Shown here one piece after another: positions 20,343-29,962 of a DNA stretch of 64,000 bases; within the stretch, counting starts at the first letter, position 1; each line of letters opens with the position of its first letter. The position numbers and the translations under genes are program-made. This DNA is from an uncultured virus (IMG/VR IMGVR_UViG_3300008117_008405). Taxonomy: Duplodnaviria; Heunggongvirae; Uroviricota; Caudoviricetes. Below the pieces are notes generated by a model. That model saw only the letters and a program-made list of their open reading frames with translations, was not told the origin of the DNA and ran no database searches. The stretch lies in the IMG/VR virus record IMGVR_UViG_3300008117_008405, one strand, 5' to 3'.

Positions 20343-20841
20343 AGCCTAATTTTTTGATGAGCTTTTTCAATTGTAAAATGGTTTTGTTTGTGCGGGTATG
20401 GAGGATTCCATGCCCGCCATTTTTATTGAATTGACTGATGTTTCGTTTATAGTCATCAATCAATATTGATTTCGGACTTGCATATTTTTGTTTTTCTGTA
20501 CTGCTCTTACTACAGAAAACTCTATCACTACTGAGTCCTAGATTCTTTTTGCACCACAATTTTTTCCCTAAGCAGCTTGCTTCATTGTTAGCGGATGCGG
20601 TCAATATGAGTGGTTGAAAATTTGTAACAAATTTCCATAATTTGTCACAATCTTTGGTTTTTGGTAATTTAGACCAGAAGTCAACTAATTGTTTGGTATC
20701 AAGGTTTTTTAGATAGTTTTTGAGGATCGGCTCGAACTCATCCCTAGTGTGATTATTCAGGTCAATTTGTAAGATTGAGCCAAGACCGCCTTGCAGATCA
20801 ACTAGAACACCATCTAAATCAACAAATATGATAGGTTGCAT
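20326..20841 (-). CDS. HAD-family 5'(3')-deoxyribonucleotidase-like protein
   Basis: FVDLDGVL, ILTA, GKKLW, ILIDD...N. Confidence 0.85.
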   Translation of the reverse strand: MQPIIFVDLDGVLVDLQGGLGSILQIDLNNHTRDEFEPILKNYLKNLDTKQLVDFWSKLPKTKDCDKLWKFVTNFQPLILTASANNEASCLGKKLWCKKNLGLSSDRVFCSKSSTEKQKYASPKSILIDDYKRNISQFNKNGGHGILHTRTNKTILQLKKLIKKLGSTQKQ

Positions 20842-20919
20842 ATTTTATCTATGAAAATGCTAGTCCAAATACATCTAAGAATTTTAAGGAATCAAAGTGG
20901 CTATAATAAATAAATTACT

Positions 20920-21663
20920 ATGAAAACTCTAGAGCAATACCTGTTAGAATTCCAAACTACTTTGCAGTATCATGACGAATTAAATCCAAAGTTTTGGAAC
21001 AACGATAAGATTAAAGCCGATGTGAGGAAAAGGCTTGTTGAAATTGGAAAATTTTGGGCAGAATTTGCACTTATCCCGGCAAAAGCAATAAAAGATATTT
21101 TATTGACAGGTGGAAATGCGAATTATAACTATACTGATTTCTCAGACCTAGATGTTCATATTCTAGTTGATAAAAAGAAAATAGCTGATTGCGACATTGA
21201 AATATTGGATGATTTTTTAAAAGATAAAAAAGCATTATGGACTTTAACACATGACATAAAGATTTTCGGTGTACCTGTAGAGCTTTATGCACAGGATATC
21301 AATGAAAAAACATCGCCAAACCAAGGTGTCTTTTCCTTACTTAAAAATAAATGGAATAAAAAACCTATTAAAGAAAAAGTAAATTTTGATGATCCTCTAT
21401 TGCAAAAGAAGACAAAAAATTTAATTGATAAAATCGATTCTCTTGTAAAAGACAAGTCAGACAGCCTCGAATTGCTAAATGCTTTGAAGAAAAAACTTCG
21501 TGATATGCGTTCGGCTGGTGTAAGTAAGGGAGGAGAATATTCCTTAGAAAATCTTGTATTTAAAGAATTAAGAAACAAAGGTTACTTAGATAAATTGTCG
21601 AAGTACATTCTGAAAATAGAAGATGAATCGATGAGCATGACGATGAAAAGGAAGAAAAAATGA
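20920..21663 (+). CDS. Pol-beta-superfamily nucleotidyltransferase
   Basis: LTGGNANYNY..FSDLDVHI, PVELY, GEYSLENLVFKELR; N-terminal MKTLEQYLLE. Confidence 0.75.
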   Translation: MKTLEQYLLEFQTTLQYHDELNPKFWNNDKIKADVRKRLVEIGKFWAEFALIPAKAIKDILLTGGNANYNYTDFSDLDVHILVDKKKIADCDIEILDDFLKDKKALWTLTHDIKIFGVPVELYAQDINEKTSPNQGVFSLLKNKWNKKPIKEKVNFDDPLLQKKTKNLIDKIDSLVKDKSDSLELLNALKKKLRDMRSAGVSKGGEYSLENLVFKELRNKGYLDKLSKYILKIEDESMSMTMKRKKK

Positions 21664-21950
21664 CTGAACAAGACATTGAAAGAATTGTTAAGGACAAAGT
21701 CCAAAAGGGTTATGGGTTTGATCCTCTAACAATTATTGCTATTGTATCTGCTGCAATACAAATTTATAAACTGATAAAAGCATGTCGTCAATCTGAATCA
21801 TTACTCAAAGCTTCCGCAAAAAGAAAAGGATTGGCTTATCGGATTTTTGTTAGAAATAACTTTCTTAATAAAGTCAAGGAACTCAATGTGCCTGAAGAGG
21901 TCGCAGAAGAGATTCTTGAGGAGCTAAGGCTAGAATTTATTAAGGAATAA
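21660..21950 (+). CDS. hypothetical protein
   Basis: ATGA overlap; GFDPLTIIAIV hydrophobic helix. Confidence 0.6.
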   Translation: MTEQDIERIVKDKVQKGYGFDPLTIIAIVSAAIQIYKLIKACRQSESLLKASAKRKGLAYRIFVRNNFLNKVKELNVPEEVAEEILEELRLEFIKE

Positions 21951-21951
21951 A

Positions 21952-23037
21952 ATGGCATTTAATAACTCTGGTGATCCAAGAAGGCAAGAAGCTTTGCATA
22001 AACATTTTGGTAAACCGCAGCCTTTGAAGAATGAATCTTTGAATGCAGTTCCCAGAAGAAATAACATTTATGCTCTTAACAACAAAAGACCGAATCATTC
22101 TAACAAAGTAAAAAAGCCTGAAGTAACGCCTCATTATAGCAATCAACCAAGACCAGATAAAAGCTTACTTACGAAAATTGCTGGTGAAGTTCACTCATTA
22201 AATTTACCGGAAAAGGGATCGTTTAACGCAGGTCTTGCTCCATATGGTGATGATAAATATGTGATGGTATACAGGCCAGATGAAATGTCATTTGTTGGTT
22301 GTTTGCTTGATAGAAAATTCAAATTGATACCGAGCTATTTTCATAAATTTCCGATGCGTAATGTGGCTGATCCAAGAATTTTATGGATCAATGAGAAAAA
22401 GCTTTTAATGACTTATTCGGCTGTAGATAACTTTAAGGAATTCATAGGTGGCTCCGTCATCATGGACTTGGATAAGTCACCTGTATTTGTTGACAGCATG
22501 CAGTTTCGGATCAGCCCTAGTGATATCGAAGGGCGACAGAAAAACTGGATGCCTTTTGTGCATGAAGAAAAGGTTTATCTAATTGCTTCAGTTTGTCCAC
22601 ATATAATTTATGAACTTAGTTTCTATCCCAAGGTAACTTGCAAAAAGGTCTATGAAACGCCTTGGACTTGTCCATGGCCAATTCAGATGGGATTGCGTGG
22701 AAATACCAATGCGATATTGCTTGATGATGGTAATTACTTAGCAACATTTCATACCTCGCAATACAACGGTAATGTGTGCCACTACGACAATGGTTGCTAC
22801 ATTTTCGAGGGCAAGCCTCCTTTCAAAGTTTTGAAATGTTCAAATCGCACTTACCTTCCAGCAGACGCAGCTGTACAGCCTTATTTTAGAAAAGCCGGAA
22901 TCATTAAATGCGTTTTTCCTGTTGGATTAGTAAAGGAGGGGAAAAGAATAATAATCAGTTATGGAGACAACGATTCAATTGTGAAAATACTGGATACAAA
23001 CCTCAATGAACTAACTAATTTAATGATCGAGGTTTAG
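21952..23037 (+). CDS. five-bladed beta-propeller glycosidase/phosphorylase-like protein (GH130/GH43 clan-like)
   Basis: FNAGL, ADPR, QKNWMPF, LRG.T, VFPVGL, ISYGDND. Confidence 0.65.
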   Translation: MAFNNSGDPRRQEALHKHFGKPQPLKNESLNAVPRRNNIYALNNKRPNHSNKVKKPEVTPHYSNQPRPDKSLLTKIAGEVHSLNLPEKGSFNAGLAPYGDDKYVMVYRPDEMSFVGCLLDRKFKLIPSYFHKFPMRNVADPRILWINEKKLLMTYSAVDNFKEFIGGSVIMDLDKSPVFVDSMQFRISPSDIEGRQKNWMPFVHEEKVYLIASVCPHIIYELSFYPKVTCKKVYETPWTCPWPIQMGLRGNTNAILLDDGNYLATFHTSQYNGNVCHYDNGCYIFEGKPPFKVLKCSNRTYLPADAAVQPYFRKAGIIKCVFPVGLVKEGKRIIISYGDNDSIVKILDTNLNELTNLMIEV

Positions 23038-23039
23038 CG

Positions 23040-24155
23040 ATGCATTTTGTTCATAAAATTTCATTCATGATTCATACAGCATCTTGTGATTTCTTTTTAG
23101 AAAATCAGGGAATAAAAAGCTATTTTGAAAATCTTCTGAGGAATTTATCAAGACAAACAATCAAAGAATTTGAATTTATATTTGTTGATACATTTTATGA
23201 AGAAAATAAAGAAAAATTTGACAGGTTGATGCCGGGACTTCCTTTTATTGTAAAACATGTGCCCGTTCATAAAAACCACCGTTATTGGTACGATAAAGGC
23301 CACACTTATATTTCAGCTGCTAAAAATACGGGTATTTTGCATGCAGATGGAGAATTATTAATTACTTGCGATGATGCTGAATTTTTCCCGGATGATTTAC
23401 TTGAAAGATATTGGAACCATTATAAGTCTGGGCATTACATGATTGCTATGCACAATAGGCTTAAAAATATTAGAACTGAAGATGGATTTGTTGTGTTTCC
23501 AATTGCTGGAGAGGTTTACATAAATGACCATAGATTTTTACAAATGAAACAGGAAGTACAGAAGCACTCACATGGTAGTTGGGCATTTGCAGGAACCAGT
23601 TTTAGCTTACAAGATGCGTTGACTTTAAATGGATTCAATGAAAGAATGGATGGTTGCAAATCTCTTGAAGATTGTGATTTTGGCAACAGACTGACTATGC
23701 TCGGAAGAAAATTTATTTTAGATAAAAAGGGTGTCATTTTTATTTTAGATCATCAATGTTACACTAATAATAATGTTCCTGTAAACTGGGAACCAAATCC
23801 TGATGACCAGTTGAATCAAGTCCCTTCCACCAAGATAGCAAGAAAGAATATTGAAAGCCTTATTGCTGTTGAAAATTATGGGATGTATATGTGTGGTGTT
23901 GAGCTTAAAGAGATTGTTGCAAACAAAAATGCATTAACACCCAAGCACATGGAAATCATCAAAAGAGAAACATTAAAGTATCGTAAGTTTGATCCTTTTG
24001 CAGGAAGCAATAGTGAAAATCTAAATATTTGGATGAATGTTCCATACGACAAATGCTCAGACATGTCTAGAAATAGGTGTTTTTGGTGGTTCTTCATTGT
24101 TCCCGCAAGCTTTGGCTATGAAAGACAAAGGGTCAGGTATTGTCATAGGAATTGA
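23040..24155 (+). CDS. glycosyltransferase family 2 (3' end probably aberrant)
   Basis: FEFIFVD, AKNTGI..ADGELL...DD, NGFNE, EDCDFG; the last ~35 codons overlap the next gene in another frame. Confidence 0.75.
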   Translation: MHFVHKISFMIHTASCDFFLENQGIKSYFENLLRNLSRQTIKEFEFIFVDTFYEENKEKFDRLMPGLPFIVKHVPVHKNHRYWYDKGHTYISAAKNTGILHADGELLITCDDAEFFPDDLLERYWNHYKSGHYMIAMHNRLKNIRTEDGFVVFPIAGEVYINDHRFLQMKQEVQKHSHGSWAFAGTSFSLQDALTLNGFNERMDGCKSLEDCDFGNRLTMLGRKFILDKKGVIFILDHQCYTNNNVPVNWEPNPDDQLNQVPSTKIARKNIESLIAVENYGMYMCGVELKEIVANKNALTPKHMEIIKRETLKYRKFDPFAGSNSENLNIWMNVPYDKCSDMSRNRCFWWFFIVPASFGYERQRVRYCHRN

Positions 24156-24573
24156 TCCATGGACAAGGGATTCTGCCTTAGAGGACATGGTGAACAAAGC
24201 CAATAAAGATTGGTGGGGCAGTTTAGACTTACAAAACATATATGAAATGTTTTTACAGAACATTCAGAATTATCAACTAGAGCAATTTGTTAATGTTGTT
24301 AGAAAGAAATCGTCAGAAGTTGTTGAACAGTTTGGGGAAAGTACAATTGACATTCTTCATATTGACGGAAATCATTGCGAGAGATTAGCATACGAAGATT
24401 GCGTAAACTTTTTGCCAAAAGTTAAATCTGGTGGTTATGTGTTTTTTGACGATACCACATGGGTTGAGCAGGGAAATGTAGCATCTACTCAAAAAGGTTA
24501 TTCATATCTGAAGGAATATTGCGATGAAATTTGCATAGTCAGCAAAGACTGTGCTGTTCTACAGAAGCGTTAA
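24037..24573 (+). CDS. class I SAM-dependent methyltransferase (Methyltransf_24-like), possibly N-truncated
   Basis: LEIGVFGGSS, GIDPW, ILHIDGNH, GGYVFFDD. Confidence 0.8.
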   Translation: MFHTTNAQTCLEIGVFGGSSLFPQALAMKDKGSGIVIGIDPWTRDSALEDMVNKANKDWWGSLDLQNIYEMFLQNIQNYQLEQFVNVVRKKSSEVVEQFGESTIDILHIDGNHCERLAYEDCVNFLPKVKSGGYVFFDDTTWVEQGNVASTQKGYSYLKEYCDEICIVSKDCAVLQKR

Positions 24574-25154
24574 TCGATCAATTTTTCAATAATTTTTTTA
24601 ATTAAATGTTTCTTCCTCACATTTTTGTTGGGGTCTTGAATAAACATTTGTATTAATTTATATGTATTTTTAGTTGATGCGTCTATTTTTTCCATTTCCT
24701 CTGACATATTTTTTACTATCTCTTCTGCGCTATATTTTAGTTTGTTAAAGAAAAAGTCAAGCAAGCTTAGCTTTTGTTTCTCAAGTGGTATCATTTTAAT
24801 AAATACAATCTTTTTTTGATAAGATATTGGAAGCGTAAATAAATCTGAGGTTATTTTATAAATTTCTTCTAGTATGTTGGTTTTCTTGGCTGTTCTTAAC
24901 ATATCAGAACACATGGCTAGAAATAGGTGATTGTCTAGATCGATATTCTGTCCTATTTTTTTCTCTAGGAACTTTGACTTGTTAGCATGATAGTAAGAAG
25001 AAATTAATCCGTATGGCATGTTCTGATAATTATCTGAAAAATTGAACTCAAAAATATCATTCAGTTCGTGAATATTCTTTATGTGAGGAATGGTGTTGTT
25101 TAATAACAACAAATAATCAGGTTTTAATTCATCAAGCTTGGTAGACTTTTTCAT
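24570..25154 (-). CDS. hypothetical protein
   Basis: 194 aa ORF. Confidence 0.6.
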   Translation of the reverse strand: MKKSTKLDELKPDYLLLLNNTIPHIKNIHELNDIFEFNFSDNYQNMPYGLISSYYHANKSKFLEKKIGQNIDLDNHLFLAMCSDMLRTAKKTNILEEIYKITSDLFTLPISYQKKIVFIKMIPLEKQKLSLLDFFFNKLKYSAEEIVKNMSEEMEKIDASTKNTYKLIQMFIQDPNKNVRKKHLIKKIIEKLID

Positions 25155-25180
25155 TCCTGTATTTTAAAAAAAATTTTCGA

Positions 25181-25369
25181 TTATGCAAGTTGATTTGCGT
25201 CTGAATTTAACAGCAGCCCGAATGCGCTTTCTTGCTTATTCAACTTAAAATTATTAGAACAAAAACTTCCAATATTAAATGGAAAATGAAAAGATTTTTG
25301 AGATAAAAAGCTATAATTTATTTCATGATTCCAATGAAGTGAATACGCAATCGATTGTTTGAAAATCAT
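25181..25369 (-). CDS. micro-ORF family member (array A)
   Basis: MIFKQSIAYSLHW...; S/F-rich, 62 aa. Confidence 0.55.
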   Translation of the reverse strand: MIFKQSIAYSLHWNHEINYSFLSQKSFHFPFNIGSFCSNNFKLNKQESAFGLLLNSDANQLA

Positions 25370-25374
25370 TTTGT

Positions 25375-25554
25375 TTACCAAGGCCATCTATAAATGCTGC
25401 CTTGACTTCCACAAAAACTGCTGGACCAATAAACATGTACATGAAAAAGTGGAGAAAAATAGCTTTGCCTTGCAAAAATAGGGCTCATACCTCTTCCACT
25501 AAACCAGCTAGATCGATGTGGTTTTGTACATCTACAATTAATTTTATGTATCAT
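25375..25554 (-). CDS. micro-ORF family member (array A)
   Basis: MIHKINCRC...RWPW; ATGA overlap with upstream ORF. Confidence 0.55.
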   Translation of the reverse strand: MIHKINCRCTKPHRSSWFSGRGMSPIFARQSYFSPLFHVHVYWSSSFCGSQGSIYRWPW

Positions 25555-25742
25555 AGGTTTTTGCTCCAGCATCTTCCTCTAAAATTGTTTAGAGAAAAAA
25601 CAGTATTCATCTGTTTTGATTGTTGGAAATGTTTAGTCCAATGATATGAAAAATCCATATCTCCTACATGTGCAAAGCTGAACATAAAGCCTTGTTCAAA
25701 TAAGTAAATGGATGACCATGATGTGTTTCTGAAAATCATCAA
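25551..25742 (-). CDS. micro-ORF family member (array A)
   Basis: MMIFRNTSWS...RCWSKNL; overlapping stop/start at both ends. Confidence 0.6.
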   Translation of the reverse strand: MMIFRNTSWSSIYLFEQGFMFSFAHVGDMDFSYHWTKHFQQSKQMNTVFSLNNFRGRCWSKNL

Positions 25743-25921
25743 ATTCCATCACTCCAATTTCTGCTGTCGTAATTAGCTCTGCTAAAGGCGTTTGATCTTT
25801 CTCTGCTTTCTTGTGCTGGAATTTTCCAAGAAAAACTATAACTCATATCAAAAAAAGATGCAGCAACAAATCTATTGCCGAACAAATTGGTAGCAGACCA
25901 AGAAATGTATTTCAAAATCAT
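25739..25921 (-). CDS. micro-ORF family member (array A)
   Basis: MILKYISWS...SRNWSDGI. Confidence 0.6.
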   Translation of the reverse strand: MILKYISWSATNLFGNRFVAASFFDMSYSFSWKIPAQESRERSNAFSRANYDSRNWSDGI

Positions 25922-25930
25922 GATTGTATT

Positions 25931-26239
25931 TCAATTGGTGTCGTTAAACCACATGAATCCTATCACAGAAATTGCTTCAATCCAAGGCCAAAGCCCAAAA
26001 CCAACGGCTAAGATAGGCATTTTAAAGTGATTTAAAACTGGTGGCAAAATTCCACATATGAAGCAGACTACAGGAAATGTTAGAAAGATATAACACATGG
26101 CGATTGCCAAAGGGTTGTTTTGTGCTTGTGGGCTATCTGCTCCCATAGCAGCACCCATGATACAAGGGAAGATACTTATCAAAGCAAGAAAAACATTTAA
26201 AACACAGAAAATGTAAGCTAGAATACCCATCGAATTCAC
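25931..26239 (-). CDS. small membrane protein (about 3 TM segments)
   Basis: Three hydrophobic stretches, M..DSP loop. Confidence 0.65.
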   Translation of the reverse strand: MNSMGILAYIFCVLNVFLALISIFPCIMGAAMGADSPQAQNNPLAIAMCYIFLTFPVVCFICGILPPVLNHFKMPILAVGFGLWPWIEAISVIGFMWFNDTN

Positions 26240-26366
26240 CTATTAGCAAAGATATTAAAAATTTTTTCTGGCTGCATTAATGCCTATATTGACGATACAT
26301 CACCAAAATTTATATATAAATTATGTTTTCTATTAATAATATATAAAATTAACCAACGGAGGTATT

Positions 26367-26537
26367 ATGGAAATTCCAGCTAGTGTAACAAATTTATTGA
26401 ATAGTGAGATCGATCCCCTTTTAACCGAAGGTATGAGTGAGAAGGAAAAAGTTAATGTAGCAGAAGAAAAAGGGGATTTACTTGTTATTTGTTTGAAAAT
26501 TGCATTAGAACAAAAACTCAAGTCTTTACAATCATAA
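26367..26537 (+). CDS. 56-aa hypothetical protein
   Basis: MEIPASVTNLLNSEIDPLL...; SD GGAGG; ends before terminator; below ORF-track cutoff. Confidence 0.6.
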   Translation: MEIPASVTNLLNSEIDPLLTEGMSEKEKVNVAEEKGDLLVICLKIALEQKLKSLQS

Positions 26538-26540
26538 ACT

Positions 26541-26583
26541 AAAACCGCCCCTTACAAAAATCGTAAGGGGCGGTTTCGTTTTT
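26541..26583. terminator. bidirectional intrinsic terminator
   Basis: AAACCGCCCCTTAC...GTAAGGGGCGGTTT. Confidence 0.85.
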
Positions 26584-27901
26584 AGTTTTCTACTATGAAG
26601 TAGTGGCCATTGTTTTGGAGATCAGTAAGCTTCTCTGGTTCATTAGTGATTGTGTCTCCATCCATAGCTTCATTTACTTTTCTAATTTGAATCCCGTCAG
26701 TAGTTTCTATGTAACCACTTCTTTGTATTGATTTTCCACCTACAATCCAATAATCCATGTAGCCTTCTGTGCCCTCGTTTCTGTTTGGTGGTGTAAGTTT
26801 TATTTGATAATTATTATATGCGCTTCCCAATGCAGTAGTACCATGATATCCAGTTGAAACAAATGTCCAGCCATTGCCACCAGCTACAGTCTGGACTGGA
26901 GAAGAAATATCAATAGTGCTTTCGTTTCCTGCCTGTCCATCACCGTTTCTTCCCCAAACCCACAAGCTGCCGTCTGTCTTGAGTGCTGCTGTGAAGTCAT
27001 AACCGCATGATACCTGTGCCCAGTTGTTTCCTCCACAAATAGTCTGCACAGGGGATGAATAATCCTGTGTGTCTCCTGTTCCAAGTGCGCCATAACTATT
27101 TCCTCCCCACATCCAGAGGGTGCCATCCGTCTTGATTGCACCTGTAAAGTATCTTCCAACAGATACCTGCGCCCAATTATTTCCTCCACAAATGGTTTGC
27201 ACAGGAGATGAAACATTGACAGTATTTTCTGCCCCTAGCTGGCCCTCTGAATTACGCCCCCACAACCAGAGAGTCCCATCATTTTTTATAGCAGCGGTAT
27301 TTCTTCTGCTACAAGATACTTGTGCCCAGTCGTTTCCACCAGCAATAGTTTGAACTGGAGAGGACTTTTGATCAATAGAATCATCACCAAGTTCCCCATA
27401 AGTGTTTCTTCCAAACATCCACAATGTGCCATCAGTTTTTATAGCGCCAGTATGGTTTGCAGAACAAGAGACGGATGCCCAGTCATTTCCTCCAGCAACC
27501 GTTTGAACTGGAGATGATTTATCATCAGAAGTATCATCTCCTAAATTTCCATAATTGTTGTAACCCCACAGCCAGAGCGACCCATCATTCTTAATTCCCG
27601 CACATATGCCCCAGTACCAGTTTGAAGCATTTATAAACGCCCAGTCAGTATCAGTCCCTATTTGTGTAGGAGAAGAAAGGTCAACATTCTCTGTATTTTG
27701 TCCCAAGGCCCCATGGCTGTCAAACCCCCAAGACCAGACTGTTCCATCATTTTTTAAGGCAAGTGTCATGTCGTAGCCACCGGCTACCGCAACCCAATCA
27801 CTACCTCCAGCTATTGTTTGTATTGGAGATGACTTGTCATCTGTAGTATTGTCTCCAAGCTGTCCATAGTTATTTTGTCCCCATAACCATAATTGTGCCA
27901 T
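26582..27901 (-). CDS. RCC1/BLIP-II repeat beta-propeller with distinct ~75-aa C-terminal domain
   Basis: Seven ~51-aa repeats LW.WG.N.YGQLGD.....SSPVQT.AGG..W..VS.G...T.AIK.DG. Confidence 0.9.
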   Translation of the reverse strand: MAQLWLWGQNNYGQLGDNTTDDKSSPIQTIAGGSDWVAVAGGYDMTLALKNDGTVWSWGFDSHGALGQNTENVDLSSPTQIGTDTDWAFINASNWYWGICAGIKNDGSLWLWGYNNYGNLGDDTSDDKSSPVQTVAGGNDWASVSCSANHTGAIKTDGTLWMFGRNTYGELGDDSIDQKSSPVQTIAGGNDWAQVSCSRRNTAAIKNDGTLWLWGRNSEGQLGAENTVNVSSPVQTICGGNNWAQVSVGRYFTGAIKTDGTLWMWGGNSYGALGTGDTQDYSSPVQTICGGNNWAQVSCGYDFTAALKTDGSLWVWGRNGDGQAGNESTIDISSPVQTVAGGNGWTFVSTGYHGTTALGSAYNNYQIKLTPPNRNEGTEGYMDYWIVGGKSIQRSGYIETTDGIQIRKVNEAMDGDTITNEPEKLTDLQNNGHYFIVEN

Positions 27902-27960
27902 AATATAACTCCTAAATACAAATATTTATCTTACATAACTCATTAAATATATAGTTTATT

Positions 27961-28179
27961 ATGGAAAGTCTTGCTAGATTGGTTATTTTGATATTTTTAT
28001 CAATTTATTTCCTACTTCTAGGAATAGAATTGATTGCGTTGGTATTTGCAATTAAATATATTTTTCCTCAATACGGAGATTGGTGGTATTGTGCTTGGGT
28101 TCCTATTTTAATAGGAGCAAACTGGTGTCTGACTGTTTTGATATTAATTATCATGAGCAAAATTGGCTCCAAGAGCTAA
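27961..28179 (+). CDS. small membrane protein
   Basis: Two hydrophobic segments. Confidence 0.55.
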   Translation: MESLARLVILIFLSIYFLLLGIELIALVFAIKYIFPQYGDWWYCAWVPILIGANWCLTVLILIIMSKIGSKS

Positions 28180-28320
28180 TCTGGCATAAATTCTTCTGAG
28201 TCTTGACTCAAAAAAACCGAATTCTGAAGACCTGTATTTTTCTCTTTGAAATTGAACTGAGTAATTACGATCTGAACCGAAAACTGAATTCTTACTTGAC
28301 AAACTATAGATCAATATCAT
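28144..28320 (-). CDS. micro-ORF family member (array B)
   Basis: Hand-translated MILIYSLSSKNSVFGS...ANFAHDN*, 58 aa, ATGA overlap. Confidence 0.5.
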   Translation of the reverse strand: MILIYSLSSKNSVFGSDRNYSVQFQREKYRSSEFGFFESRLRRIYARLALGANFAHDN

Positions 28321-28487
28321 TTCGCAACCTTTTTATTTTTTAGAATCTCTAATTGTTTTTGTAATTTGGCAACTATTACATCATGTCTTTTCCAATATTG
28401 CTCTTTATTTCCATAATAATAACCCTCGTCCTTCATGGACTGTAAAGCGCCTAGTAAATGACTGATTTCAGACGATGTGAGTGTCAT
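28317..28487 (-). CDS. small helical passenger protein inside array B
   Basis: MTLTSSEISHLLGAL...YYGNKEQYWKRH; ordinary composition, coupled at both ends. Confidence 0.6.
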   Translation of the reverse strand: MTLTSSEISHLLGALQSMKDEGYYYGNKEQYWKRHDVIVAKLQKQLEILKNKKVAK

Positions 28488-28633
28488 CAATCCCCCCAAA
28501 TTTCGCATCTAGTCTTATCTAGTACGAATGCCCCTGAGTAGTATGTTATGCCAATAAAACATGATTTTGGATACATTCTGATGAAGCTACTGATGCCACG
28601 CCAATGGCTGAAAACTTTGATGCGATTTTCCAT
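28487..28633 (-). CDS. micro-ORF family member (array B)
   Basis: Hand-translated MENRIKVFSHW...RCEIWGD*, 48 aa. Confidence 0.5.
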   Translation of the reverse strand: MENRIKVFSHWRGISSFIRMYPKSCFIGITYYSGAFVLDKTRCEIWGD

Positions 28634-28812
28634 TACCACCTTCCAAAAAGTTTGCTGTAATTCCAACAGTCATGGTTATTACCAGCAAAGACTTCTGATC
28701 TTCCCATGCCATTTATCCGACAGCTTCCCCAAGCTGTATTCAACCAAGACATTTGTGACTGTGTTGCAAACACAGTTGATCTGCCTTTCAGAAATGGAAT
28801 ATTAAGAGTCAA
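28633..28812 (-). CDS. micro-ORF family member (array B)
   Basis: Hand-translated from TTG: MTLNIPF...SWLNTAWGSC...CWNYSKLFGRW*, 59 aa. Confidence 0.5.
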   Translation of the reverse strand: MTLNIPFLKGRSTVFATQSQMSWLNTAWGSCRINGMGRSEVFAGNNHDCWNYSKLFGRW

Positions 28813-28994
28813 CTCCAGAATCCAAAATTAGATTGAGTCGATCCTTTAAAAACTCTGCTTACTGTAGGTCTGGAAAATGGATTTAAAAATATTACGAAAC
28901 TGTTGCTATACGCTTCATCACCTGAAAAATTACCAGAAAAATGGCAATCATTCAAATCACTCAAAACATACTTGTGAAAATTGAATATGTGCAT
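28809..28994 (-). CDS. micro-ORF family member (array B)
   Basis: MHIFNF...SNFGFWS. Confidence 0.55.
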   Translation of the reverse strand: MHIFNFHKYVLSDLNDCHFSGNFSGDEAYSNSFVIFLNPFSRPTVSRVFKGSTQSNFGFWS

Positions 28995-29010
28995 AGAAAC
29001 CTGTTTTAAT

Positions 29011-29769
29011 TTAGCTTCGTGCTAGCTGTTTCTTAGCGTGATATGCAGCAATTACTTTTTTGTTATGTTCTGCTCTTTTTTTGTCAAACTCTTCAGGGGG
29101 TAGCCAAACCTCGTTGCCTAAAGCTGAGTATGTCCAGAATTTCCATTTGGTCAATGGATTGACATCTCCTCTGCTGAATTTTAAGTGTGGATTTTCCTTG
29201 CGTTGTTTTTGTTTTTCATGCCTAATTTGTTTGTATTTTTCAACAATTTCTTTTCCCTTCTTTTGCCTACGAATAGTTGAAAGTAATTTAATTCTTTCTC
29301 TACGCTTTTGCAGTTTTTCTACTGGTCCATACTTAACTTTATGGTTTTTGATTTCAACTACTACTAAATCTGGAATAGACGGATGCTTATCGCCTAAACA
29401 AACATTTGGTGGGGGAATTTTACTTTTCCTTTTTTCATAGGCAATTCTTTGTTGTTCTCGTCTTTTTAGTTTGTATGCTTCGAGTTCTGCAAGAGTGCCA
29501 AATTTAGGCGTTCCACTTGCATGCAAACAAATGAAGTACAAGCCAGTTTCTGGATTGTACTTGCCTTTAAAATTTCTTTGTTCAATTGGTAATTTTTCTT
29601 GATTTTTTTTATATTTTTCAATTCTTCTTTTATAACTTGTGATTCTGGCTGATTCGTACTGGTCGAACTTTTCTTTAGTCAACCAGACTTGGTATTTCTT
29701 TTTATTTTTACTTGATTTATAGGACCAAAAAATCTTGCCATCATCTCGCACGAATCCTTTGCGAAACAT
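29011..29769 (-). CDS. basic four-repeat putative nucleic-acid-binding protein
   Basis: Repeats F.KG...DGKIFWSY...VWL, FKGKYNPETGLYF, CLGDKHP, FSRGDVNP...FWTY...VWL separated by K/R helices; SD GGAGG. Confidence 0.6.
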   Translation of the reverse strand: MFRKGFVRDDGKIFWSYKSSKNKKKYQVWLTKEKFDQYESARITSYKRRIEKYKKNQEKLPIEQRNFKGKYNPETGLYFICLHASGTPKFGTLAELEAYKLKRREQQRIAYEKRKSKIPPPNVCLGDKHPSIPDLVVVEIKNHKVKYGPVEKLQKRRERIKLLSTIRRQKKGKEIVEKYKQIRHEKQKQRKENPHLKFSRGDVNPLTKWKFWTYSALGNEVWLPPEEFDKKRAEHNKKVIAAYHAKKQLARS

Positions 29770-29798
29770 ACCGCCTCCAGCTTTATGTGGACTACATA

Positions 29799-29942
29799 TT
29801 AATTGTTTTTGGAACCTTTGACAAATTTTTTCATGAGAAATTCTTTCTCATTTTTGTCTTTAGGAATCTTTACTACTTTTTTAGTGCAGGTTACAATTTC
29901 AACTTTTTTCTCAACCAGTAGCCATTCTTTAAATGTTTTCAT
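29799..29942 (-). CDS. 47-aa protein with capsid-targeting-like N-terminus
   Basis: Hand-translated MKTFKEWLLVEKKVEIV...; exact TATAAATA 4 nt upstream. Confidence 0.7.
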   Translation of the reverse strand: MKTFKEWLLVEKKVEIVTCTKKVVKIPKDKNEKEFLMKKFVKGSKNN

Positions 29943-29946
29943 ATGA

Positions 29947-29954
29947 TATTTATA
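29947..29954 (-). promoter_or_regulatory. T4-type late promoter box TATAAATA
   Basis: Exact consensus on the minus strand, 4 nt before ATG at 29942, no SD. Confidence 0.65.
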
Positions 29955-29962
29955 CATTTTAT

